A stretch of 64,000 nucleotides of DNA from Candidatus Pacearchaeota archaeon (GTDB taxonomy: Archaea > Nanobdellota > Nanobdellia > Pacearchaeales > JAHJTO01): assembly GCA_038849525.1 (NCBI GenBank), contig JAWCMS010000002.1, positions 28,322-92,321 on the forward strand. Direction: 5' to 3'. The translations under genes were made by a program, and so were the position numbers. Under the pieces are notes generated by a model that did no database searches, was not told the DNA's origin, and worked only from the letters and a program-made list of their open reading frames with translations. Below, one piece after another: positions 19,199 through 26,940 of the stretch. Each line of letters starts with the position of its first letter. The stretch's first letter is position 1.

Positions 19199-20348
19199 TC
19201 ATTTCTATCTTATCATCAGTTTTATTATAAATTTTTTTTGTTTTTTCTTTAAATTCAAGAAAATTTCCTTTTTTTATGGCTTTTTTGGCATTTTCAATTA
19301 AGTTTGTTATGTAATAAATATTATGATAAGAGGCTAATCTTCTCGCATTGCCTTCTTCCATTTTTAAACCATATCTTATATATGCTTTTGAATAATTATT
19401 ACATACAAAGCATTTACAGTTTTTATCTAAGGGGTTTGAATCTTTGGCATATTTTGAATTAAAAAGGTTTATTTTGCCTTGAGAGGTAAAAATAGTTCCT
19501 CTCCTTGCATTTTGAGTAAGAAACTTAGAATCAAACATATCAACCCCTCTTGATATTGCTTCAAGAATTTCTAAAGGGTGGCCTGCGCCCATTAAATAAC
19601 AGATCTTATCTTCTGGAATTACTGATTTGTGGGTTTCTATTGCATTATATTCTTGTTCTTTTGTCTCTCCTAAAGCTAAACCTCCAATAGCATAGCCATC
19701 AAAATTTAACTTTAATAGTTGTTCACAGCATTTTTTTCTTAAGTCAGGATAAACTCCTCCTTGAGAAATTGCAAATAACAGCTGTCTTTTTGATTTTTGA
19801 ATGTTTTCTTGTATTTGGTCATGATGTTTTTTGCATTTTTTTGCCCATAGAACTGTTTTTCTTACCGCCTCTGCGATTTTTTCTTTAGGTTCGCAAAGTA
19901 AGGGCATCGAGTCAAGGCACATTGCTATTTCTGAATTTAAATCAAGTTGTATCTCCATATCTTTTTCAGGCGTAATAAATAATTTTTGTTTGGTAAAAGG
20001 ATTCCTAAAGAAGACCCCTTTATCATTTGAATCTATATAGCAAGCTGGATTATACATTTGAAAACCTCCAGAGTCAGTAACATTAATTCCATAAAAATTC
20101 ATAAATTTTCCAATTCCGCCAAGCTCTTTTATTAATTTCTCCCCGGGTTTGAGATGAAGAATAAAAGTATTTGAGATTATTGCTTTTATCCTTATTTTTT
20201 TTAAATCTTCAGAAGAAAGATACTTTACAGAAGCTTTTGTTGCAACTGGCATAAATACTGGAGTCTCAAGATTTCCTTTCTTTGTTTTAAGTAGCCCGAT
20301 TCTTGCATTTGTTTTTTTATCTTTTTTAATAATGCAAAAGCAATCCAT
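19176..20348 (-). CDS. tgt: tRNA-guanine transglycosylase (archaeosine/queuine TGT catalytic domain)
   Basis: LETPVFMPVATKASVK..., GGLALGE, and a C-terminal zinc-site region CxCxxC...H (CKCFVCNNYSKAYIRY). Confidence 0.8.
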   Translation of the reverse strand: MDCFCIIKKDKKTNARIGLLKTKKGNLETPVFMPVATKASVKYLSSEDLKKIRIKAIISNTFILHLKPGEKLIKELGGIGKFMNFYGINVTDSGGFQMYNPACYIDSNDKGVFFRNPFTKQKLFITPEKDMEIQLDLNSEIAMCLDSMPLLCEPKEKIAEAVRKTVLWAKKCKKHHDQIQENIQKSKRQLLFAISQGGVYPDLRKKCCEQLLKLNFDGYAIGGLALGETKEQEYNAIETHKSVIPEDKICYLMGAGHPLEILEAISRGVDMFDSKFLTQNARRGTIFTSQGKINLFNSKYAKDSNPLDKNCKCFVCNNYSKAYIRYGLKMEEGNARRLASYHNIYYITNLIENAKKAIKKGNFLEFKEKTKKIYNKTDDKIEMSEENDGL

Positions 20349-20429
20349 ACTTTTTCATTATCGATAGATATTTTTGAAATTATCGTTTTTAAACGTGAAA
20401 TTTATAAAGTAAATTCTATAAATGAGATA

Positions 20430-21167
20430 ATGGAAAACTCGATAAAAATCACATTAATAATTGCTTTTACAATAATTTTACTTGCAATTTTTGGTTATTT
20501 TATAGTCTATCAATTTACAGTACCTTCAAAAGAAGTTAATGTTGATGGGGTTGCAGAAATAAAAGTATTTCCAGATATAGTAGCTATTTATCTCAAAATT
20601 GAAACAAATGGTTCCAGCGCAGCTATAGCAAAAGACAAGAATTCAGAAATTGAAGAGAATATGGTGAATGCATTAATTCGAGAAGGATTTGCAAGAGAGG
20701 ATATAACAACATTTGATTATGCTATATATGAGGATTTTGAATGGACAGAAGAAGGAAAAAAAAGTCTCGGATGGAAAGCAATTCATACTTTAAGAATAGA
20801 GCTGAGCTCAGACAAAATGAATCTTACAGGAAAAGTTATTGATATTGTTGTAGATAATGGTGCAATTATCAATTTTATTAATTTTGAATTAAGCCAGATA
20901 AAAGAGAATGAATATAAAAAAGAAGCGCTTACATTAGCAACACAAGACGCAAAAGCGAAGGCTGAAGGGATTGCTGAAGGCCTTGGAATGAAAGTAGGAG
21001 ATGTAGTTTCTGTTTCGACATCCATATGGGAATATAGGCCATGGCCGATGTACGATAAAGTTATTACATTGAAAGAAGCAGAAGAAGCAAAAGAAGCTAT
21101 TACAACAATACAACCAGGAAAACAGACTGTTGCCGCATTTGTTTCTATAAAATACAAACTTATCTAA
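20430..21167 (+). CDS. SIMPL/DUF541-family protein (secreted or membrane-anchored)
   Basis: N-terminal TM or signal. C-terminal ...IQPGKQTVAAFVSIKYKL typical of SIMPL ('26 kDa periplasmic immunogenic protein') domains. Confidence 0.55.
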   Translation: MENSIKITLIIAFTIILLAIFGYFIVYQFTVPSKEVNVDGVAEIKVFPDIVAIYLKIETNGSSAAIAKDKNSEIEENMVNALIREGFAREDITTFDYAIYEDFEWTEEGKKSLGWKAIHTLRIELSSDKMNLTGKVIDIVVDNGAIINFINFELSQIKENEYKKEALTLATQDAKAKAEGIAEGLGMKVGDVVSVSTSIWEYRPWPMYDKVITLKEAEEAKEAITTIQPGKQTVAAFVSIKYKLI

Positions 21168-21180
21168 TTTTTTATCTATT

Positions 21181-21621
21181 TTAAGCTAATTTTCTGAGTT
21201 CAGAAAACCATTCTGCAAGAGAAAAACAGATTTTTCCACCTGAATCTTTTATATACCCTTCTATTTGGGGATTTATTGCAAAATTTGAATCATGTTGTCG
21301 CAAGTCTGTTCTTAATGCAATTATAGGCCCTAATTTTTTTAGAGAAAATTCAGCTATCTCTCCTGCTATTCCATCATCGACAGCATGGCTTCCATCAAGA
21401 ATCGGCGCCATTATTTTTGCTTTGGACATTAGCTTTCTATTAGATAATATTATTGCTTTTGCCGCATCTTTTGATGTAACTTTTTTTATTATTCCTGAAT
21501 CCCTAAAAGGTTCCTTAACAATAAAATATTTCTCAATTTCAGGAATTATCATTTTAAGAAGCATTCTTCCTGTCTCTGAAAATCCCAGCTGATTTGCAAG
21601 ATACAACAAATTTTTAGCCAT
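21181..21621 (-). CDS. Nucleoside 2-deoxyribosyltransferase-like (SLOG-type Rossmannoid) protein
   Basis: ...APILDGSHAVDDGIAGEIAEF... resembles the D-x-G-T-x-x-E-x-G nucleophile region of NDT/Rcl-family enzymes. Only 95 bp downstream of the AbiEii-like gene on the same strand. Confidence 0.45.
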   Translation of the reverse strand: MAKNLLYLANQLGFSETGRMLLKMIIPEIEKYFIVKEPFRDSGIIKKVTSKDAAKAIILSNRKLMSKAKIMAPILDGSHAVDDGIAGEIAEFSLKKLGPIIALRTDLRQHDSNFAINPQIEGYIKDSGGKICFSLAEWFSELRKLA

Positions 21622-21716
21622 TGTTTTTCAATAGAATTTTAGTTTATAAGATTATATAAACAACAAAATAAGCATTAAAACAATCAATTATTATTACATC
21701 ATCCGGAATCCTTTTT

Positions 21717-22499
21717 TTATTCAAAAAGACTTCTTTCAAATAAAGGTTTTATCTCTTCAAAATATTCTGCCTTACTTTCAAAATAAGCATTGTCAAATTT
21801 TTGTGTTTCAAAAAAATCAGGCATCATGGATTCTTCAAGAACTCTTCTGAACTCATCAAATTTTTTTGAGTCAGTTATGTATTTTAAAACATTATCAAGA
21901 ACTTGTATCTCCCACCCATAATCATTATATGATTTTGCTTTTTGTCTTATCTCTTCTTTTGTAGCTTTTGTTTTGAGAACATTAACAATATAATCCATAT
22001 CAAACAAATCAGAAGGTTTCATTGAACCTCTCATTTTCATTCTGTGCATTGTTGCGATTACCTTGTCAGCATAAATTTCTGAAGGATCTTCTACGAGTAT
22101 CGGAGAATATTTTCCCTCGCTTTTCTTAAATTTCTTTGGGGCACTTATTCTATCAACTTCGATTTTTCCGTTAGGCGTATTTGGTATATCTTGATTATAA
22201 GATATTCTAAAAAAATCTGTATTGTTTTTTGCTAGTTTTGGATGATACACTTTATTGTCTATGCATATATCTTTGTTAAGATCTTTTATAATATGATTCT
22301 TATAAAGATCAAATCCACCTTCTTCTATAGCAGCATCTATATCTGAAGAATATCTCGGAGATGAATAAAAAAAATGTAGCGCTGCTCCGCCTCTTATAAT
22401 GAGATTTTCTCTTGAAACGGGACTTTCCTGTATTTTGTAAAGGATATGCTCAAGTAATGAGTCTCTCTCTTTTATTAAATCTGCTCTTTGGATATTCAT
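21717..22499 (-). CDS. AbiEii/AbiGii-type nucleotidyltransferase (DUF1814, type IV toxin-antitoxin toxin family)
   Basis: N-terminal LIIRGGAALHFFYSSPRYSSDIDAAI matches the GG(T/A)AL...R.S.DID signature of AbiEii NTases. No AbiEi-like wHTH partner is seen. Confidence 0.55.
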   Translation of the reverse strand: MNIQRADLIKERDSLLEHILYKIQESPVSRENLIIRGGAALHFFYSSPRYSSDIDAAIEEGGFDLYKNHIIKDLNKDICIDNKVYHPKLAKNNTDFFRISYNQDIPNTPNGKIEVDRISAPKKFKKSEGKYSPILVEDPSEIYADKVIATMHRMKMRGSMKPSDLFDMDYIVNVLKTKATKEEIRQKAKSYNDYGWEIQVLDNVLKYITDSKKFDEFRRVLEESMMPDFFETQKFDNAYFESKAEYFEEIKPLFERSLFE

Positions 22500-22575
22500 A
22501 GAATAAATATGTCACTTGACTATTTAAACCTTTTGCTAATTACTACTATTGAGTGACATAATAAACATTATTTCA

Positions 22576-22646
22576 TGCGCCGGCCGGGATTCGAACCCGG
22601 GTTACGTGCTTGGCAAGCACGAGTCCTACCACTAGACTACTGGCGC
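22576..22646 (-). tRNA. tRNA-Gly (anticodon GCC)
   Basis: Manual cloverleaf: GCGCCAG acceptor; anticodon arm CGUGC-UUGCCAA-GCACG; T-arm CCGGG-TTCGAAT-CCCGG. 71 nt, no intron. Confidence 0.8.
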
Positions 22647-22761
22647 GTTATTAATTCAAATAAAATTGTGTTTTTTAATATTATGGTAATAAACTTTTTA
22701 TGAATTTATCTTATTCTTAGAAGTTTTTTAGCATATTTCTAATTATAGTAAGAAATAAAAA

Positions 22762-22833
22762 TGGGCCTAAGCGGAGTCGAACCGCTCTCTATTCGGTGTA
22801 AACGAATTGTCCTAGCCGATGAACGATAGGCCC
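22762..22833 (-). tRNA. tRNA-Val (anticodon UAC)
   Basis: Manual cloverleaf: GGGCCTA/TAGGCCC acceptor; anticodon arm AUUCG-UUUACAC-CGAAU; T-arm AGCGG-TTCGACT-CCGCT. 72 nt. Confidence 0.8.
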
Positions 22834-22911
22834 TTAAATCTTTATAATTTTTACTGTTTAAAACTTTATCTATTAATAAACTTTAAATATTCACTTTGGT
22901 GCATATTAATA

Positions 22912-24711
22912 ATGACAGAAGAAACTAAAAAAGCAGAAGAACTTCTAAGCAAAGTAAAAGAAAAAGAGAAGCCTTTAGAGGAAGAAAAAATTTCTAAAGA
23001 AGCACAGAAGCAGATTGAGCAATTAAAAACAAAACTCGAAACTTTCAAAAAAAGTATCTTAAAAAAATTTCCATTCATAGATGCGATAGGATTAATCCCC
23101 CCACAAGCAGCAAAGCTGTTTGAAGAAGAAAATATAGAAAAAGAAAAGCTTATACACATAGCAATAATAATTTCAAATGAAAAAGAAAAAGAATTTGGTA
23201 AGGTTAAAACAGAAGCAATTAAATTAGTACAAGCAATAAGACCGAAAATATGGTTACATATCTACACGATAAATGAAATATGGGAAATGGCTTCTGATGG
23301 TAAATATGATATGGTTGAGGCTATAGGAATGTCTATGCCTATGCATGATAAAGGAATATTAGGAGCACTAAGAGTTGCAAGTATTCATAAATCTTTATGT
23401 ATAAGAAAATTTGAGAGGTATATTGTATCTTATGTTATTGCTGGTTCTTTAATTAGAGGAACTGCAACTAAGACAAGTGATATTGACGTATTTGTTATTA
23501 TTGATGATACTGACGTTAAAAGAATGACAAGAACTGAATTAAGAGATAGATTAAGAGGAATTATTTATGGATATGTAATGGAGGCCGCAGATATTGCAGG
23601 AGTAAAAAACAAATTATCTCCGCAAATTTATATTCTGACAGAATTTTGGGAAGGAATAAGAGATGCAAATCCAATTTTCTTTACGTTTGTTAGGGATGGG
23701 GTTCCATTATACGATAAAGGAACATTTACTCCGTGGAAATTGCTTTTGAAAATGGGAAAAATTACCGGAACGCCGGAAGCAATTGAAAGATTTCTTACAA
23801 TTGGAGAGAAAGTTGAGGAAGTAATTGATAGAAAAATGATAGATATCGCAACTGAAGATATTTATTGGAGTGTTATTACACCATCGCAAGGAGCATTGAT
23901 GCTTTACGGTTTGGCCCCACCTACTCCTAAAGAAACAGTCGAACTAATGAAAAAAATTTTTTATGAGAAAGAAAAACTACTTGAGAAGAAATATATTGAT
24001 TTTTTAGAACATATTGTTGTTGATGTTTATAAGGCATACGAGCATGAAAAATTGAAAAAAATTTCTGGGAAAGAAATAGATGAGTTATTAAAAGGAACAA
24101 AAGAGTATATTAAAAGGATAAGAAAACTTGTTGAAGAGGTTGGAAAAAGAAGTGCAGAAAAAACAATAGTAAATATATACAAAGATATAATCGGTATTCT
24201 TGAAGGATTATTCGGCAAATTTAATGAAGACCAGCTTGTTTCTAAATTTAAATTAGAGATAATAGAAAAAGGAAAATTACCAGGATCTTATTTAAAGATT
24301 CTAGACGAAGTAATCAAAGCAAAAAAAAGCTATGAATTAAAAAATGGGTTATTAAAAATGTCTAGACAAGAAGTTGAAAGTATCAGAAAGGATGCTCAAA
24401 TTTTGATTGCGGCATTAACAGAATATTCGCAGAGGCAAAAACTTTTCGAAATGAATAGACTAAGGTTTTCAGTTAAAATAGGAGAAAAAGAAGGGGAGAT
24501 TTATCTTATTGGAAATAATGCTTTTGTAATTTCTGATTTGAAAACACCTGAGCTAAAAAAAATTGATTTGGAAAAGAGTATTATAAAAAAAAGTAACATG
24601 ACAGAATTAGAAGAATCATTAAAAAATCCGCAGGCTGAAACAAAATTGTCTAAGGATATAATCGAAAGAATAGAAAAATTGCTTGATAAAAAAATTGAAT
24701 TTGTTATTTAA
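22912..24711 (+). CDS. Large Pol-beta-superfamily nucleotidyltransferase: N-terminal coiled coil + NTase + KNTase-like helical domain + C-terminal helical extension
   Basis: AGSLIRGTATKTSDIDVFVIIDD is the minimal-NTase motif hG[GS]x9-13Dh[DE]. The following domain (...GVPLYDKGTF...GKITGTPEAIERF...) is homologous to the C-domain of 30281-31162. The ORF-track start at 22819 overlaps tRNA-Val, so the start is moved to the ATG at 22912 (MTEETKK). Confidence 0.5.
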   Translation: MTEETKKAEELLSKVKEKEKPLEEEKISKEAQKQIEQLKTKLETFKKSILKKFPFIDAIGLIPPQAAKLFEEENIEKEKLIHIAIIISNEKEKEFGKVKTEAIKLVQAIRPKIWLHIYTINEIWEMASDGKYDMVEAIGMSMPMHDKGILGALRVASIHKSLCIRKFERYIVSYVIAGSLIRGTATKTSDIDVFVIIDDTDVKRMTRTELRDRLRGIIYGYVMEAADIAGVKNKLSPQIYILTEFWEGIRDANPIFFTFVRDGVPLYDKGTFTPWKLLLKMGKITGTPEAIERFLTIGEKVEEVIDRKMIDIATEDIYWSVITPSQGALMLYGLAPPTPKETVELMKKIFYEKEKLLEKKYIDFLEHIVVDVYKAYEHEKLKKISGKEIDELLKGTKEYIKRIRKLVEEVGKRSAEKTIVNIYKDIIGILEGLFGKFNEDQLVSKFKLEIIEKGKLPGSYLKILDEVIKAKKSYELKNGLLKMSRQEVESIRKDAQILIAALTEYSQRQKLFEMNRLRFSVKIGEKEGEIYLIGNNAFVISDLKTPELKKIDLEKSIIKKSNMTELEESLKNPQAETKLSKDIIERIEKLLDKKIEFVI

Positions 24712-24768
24712 CTTTCTTTGAATGATAGTTTCACAAGCTTTAAAAAGCTAATTTTTATTTAAAATAAC

Positions 24769-25026
24769 ATGCAAGGTATTGTTGTAAATTTTAGAAGAGG
24801 AAAAAGAACATATAAACCAAGGCATTTCCTTATTCAAATTGAAGGAATAAATGATAGGAAAAAAGCAAAAGAATTAGTAGGAAAAATAGTAACATGGAAA
24901 TCAAGTTCTGGAAAAGAGATTAATGGAAAAATCGCATCTCCTCATGGAAATAAAGGTATTTTAAGAGTAATCTTTGAGAAAGGACTTCCAGGACAAGCAT
25001 TGACTCAGAAAGTAGAAATAAAATAA
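24769..25026 (+). CDS. rpl35ae: Ribosomal protein L35Ae
   Basis: 85 aa; MQGIVVNFRRG...GKIVTW......G.I...HG..G.LRV.F...LPGQA pattern of eL33/L35Ae. Confidence 0.85.
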   Translation: MQGIVVNFRRGKRTYKPRHFLIQIEGINDRKKAKELVGKIVTWKSSSGKEINGKIASPHGNKGILRVIFEKGLPGQALTQKVEIK

Positions 25027-25043
25027 AAATTTATACTTAAAAA

Positions 25044-25580
25044 ATGACAATAAAAAATCCGGCACCGTACAGAAAACTACAGATGCCTTATACCAGAAAA
25101 TCAAGAGTAAAAAGTAAGTCTTATATAAAGACAGTCCCTCCTGTCGCTGTTGTTAAGTTTGTGATGGGTAATTCCAAAAAATGGAATACCGACGGCTTTC
25201 AATATAAAGTTTTTATATTAAGCGAAGCTGATGGACAAATAAGAGATGTGGCTATTGAAGCTTCTAGACAGCAAATACTGAGAGAGATCACAGAAAAGAT
25301 AGGAAATGATTTTTATTTTGCTGTCTCTACCTATCCCCACCATATGCTGAGGGAACATAAGCAAGCAGCAGTTGCGCAGGCAGATAGAATGTCTCAGGGA
25401 ATGACATTAAGTTTTGGAAAGACTGCTGGAAGAGCTGCACAAGTACATAAAGGAAAGCCGATATTTATCATAGGAGTAAGCACAGAAAATGCAGTTGCAA
25501 AATTAAGAGAGATTTACAACATAACAAAAGCCAAGCTCCCTATTCCAACAAGATTTGAAGTTCAGAAAATTAAAGTTTGA
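25044..25580 (+). CDS. rpl10e: Ribosomal protein L10e (uL16)
   Basis: N-terminus ...PAPYRKLQMPYTRKS......Y...VP and about 178 aa, typical of archaeal L10e. Confidence 0.85.
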   Translation: MTIKNPAPYRKLQMPYTRKSRVKSKSYIKTVPPVAVVKFVMGNSKKWNTDGFQYKVFILSEADGQIRDVAIEASRQQILREITEKIGNDFYFAVSTYPHHMLREHKQAAVAQADRMSQGMTLSFGKTAGRAAQVHKGKPIFIIGVSTENAVAKLREIYNITKAKLPIPTRFEVQKIKV

Positions 25581-25586
25581 GAGTTT

Positions 25587-26411
25587 TTAAGGTTCTATAG
25601 GTATTATCAAAACATAATCTATAGGAATTCTTGATTTATCCTTAATTCCATTATATTCCATTATCAAATCTTCATTTGAGTTGTATTTTTTTGCTATTTC
25701 ACTTAAAATTTCATTTTTATTTGTTTTATGTTTTATAAATTTCAACTCTTTTGAATTAATATTTATTCCATACTTTTTTTGATCTTCTAATAATAATAGA
25801 AGAGATTCTATTTTGGGAATATAATTAATAGATTCTTTTTTTAGCAGATCTTCAGGAATTTCAAAAGCATTCTTTATATCAGGGTATTTTTCTAAAATTT
25901 TTTCAATTTTCTTAGTACCAGTATTATAACTCAATAAAGCAAGTTCTAAAGAATGATACTTTTTTACACAGTCTAAAATAAAATCTAATGCTGCTCTTGT
26001 AGACTTTTCTGGATTAATGCTCTCATTAATATAAGAATCATTTTTAAGTCCATAATATCTTGCTGTTTCAGGCATAAATTGTCTTGGTCCACAAGCTCCT
26101 GCAAATGATATACATTTTAAATTTCCTCTGCTTTCGACATATTCATGTGCCATAAGGAGATCAAGAAGACTTTCTTTGCTGCATTTAATACCTGCTTCAT
26201 CGAATTTTTTAACATATTCATCAACAATTTGTCTATACATTCCTTTTCTTTCATTAATCTTATTTAAACCTCTGGAAACTTCATTTATATTGTTTATATA
26301 ATACACTAACCATCTCCCAAATAAATTTGGTTTGGAAATTATTGTAGGTGTAGAAGCACTACAATTAAGTAAAATGCATAATATTAAAGCCTTAGTAAAA
26401 TTTTTTTTCAT
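25587..26411 (-). CDS. Secreted lytic transglycosylase (SLT domain) with C-terminal LysM domain
   Basis: Signal peptide. SLT catalytic region AHEYVESRGN...AGACGPRQFMPETARYYGL (E-S ... AGA-G-x-Q-x-P ... Y). C-terminal LysM-like EILSEIAKKYN...DLIMEYNGI. Confidence 0.65.
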   Translation of the reverse strand: MKKNFTKALILCILLNCSASTPTIISKPNLFGRWLVYYINNINEVSRGLNKINERKGMYRQIVDEYVKKFDEAGIKCSKESLLDLLMAHEYVESRGNLKCISFAGACGPRQFMPETARYYGLKNDSYINESINPEKSTRAALDFILDCVKKYHSLELALLSYNTGTKKIEKILEKYPDIKNAFEIPEDLLKKESINYIPKIESLLLLLEDQKKYGININSKELKFIKHKTNKNEILSEIAKKYNSNEDLIMEYNGIKDKSRIPIDYVLIIPIEP

Positions 26412-26606
26412 TTTTTTGATTCTTTTGAAATGAAGAATATTTTTTAAACTTTTTTATAAAAATTAATAATGAAAATTTTACTTTTTATTATTTAAAGTAA
26501 CAAAAGAAAAAATAATCAATAAATTAAACAGAAAAATATTTAAATAAAAATTTCTTTGAAAAACAACTAATTCTAAAGGCAAAAGGGAAACAGAGAGGTT
26601 ATAAAA

Positions 26607-26822
26607 ATGCAATCTAAAGAGAATCCTTATGGAAGGAAAGGGGATTTAACAACAAAACAAATAATAGACAGAATACTAGCACAACATTTTGATAACTCTC
26701 CAAATCGAGTTAAAACAATTGGAGAGATAGAAGATGAGATGTTGAAGATTATTTCTGAAAAAGTTAAATTTGTAGATTTTGGGAATGGAGAATCCTGCGA
26801 CTTTCCTGGAACACAGAGATGA
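26607..26822 (+). CDS. Small ORF whose N-terminal region resembles the first ~30 residues of PpsA (possible partial duplication or upstream ORF)
   Basis: TKQIIDRILAQHFDNS versus KTLINRILDEHFSQK of ppsA. Similar gga-agg-aaa-ggg motifs precede both start sites. Coding status is uncertain. Confidence 0.25.
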   Translation: MQSKENPYGRKGDLTTKQIIDRILAQHFDNSPNRVKTIGEIEDEMLKIISEKVKFVDFGNGESCDFPGTQR

Positions 26823-26940
26823 AAGAATGTAATTGGCTTGAGGAATTTTTCTAAGAGAGAAACTAATGTATAAAAGAAAAAATTTATTAACATAGAATAC
26901 GCTATAAAAGAGAAATCTATGCGGCAAGGGAAGGAATAAT

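Noticed and set aside
22819-22911. N-terminal extension of the large NTase ORF
   Set aside because: The extension runs into tRNA-Val (22762-22833). The internal ATG at 22912 (MTEETKK) is the plausible start.
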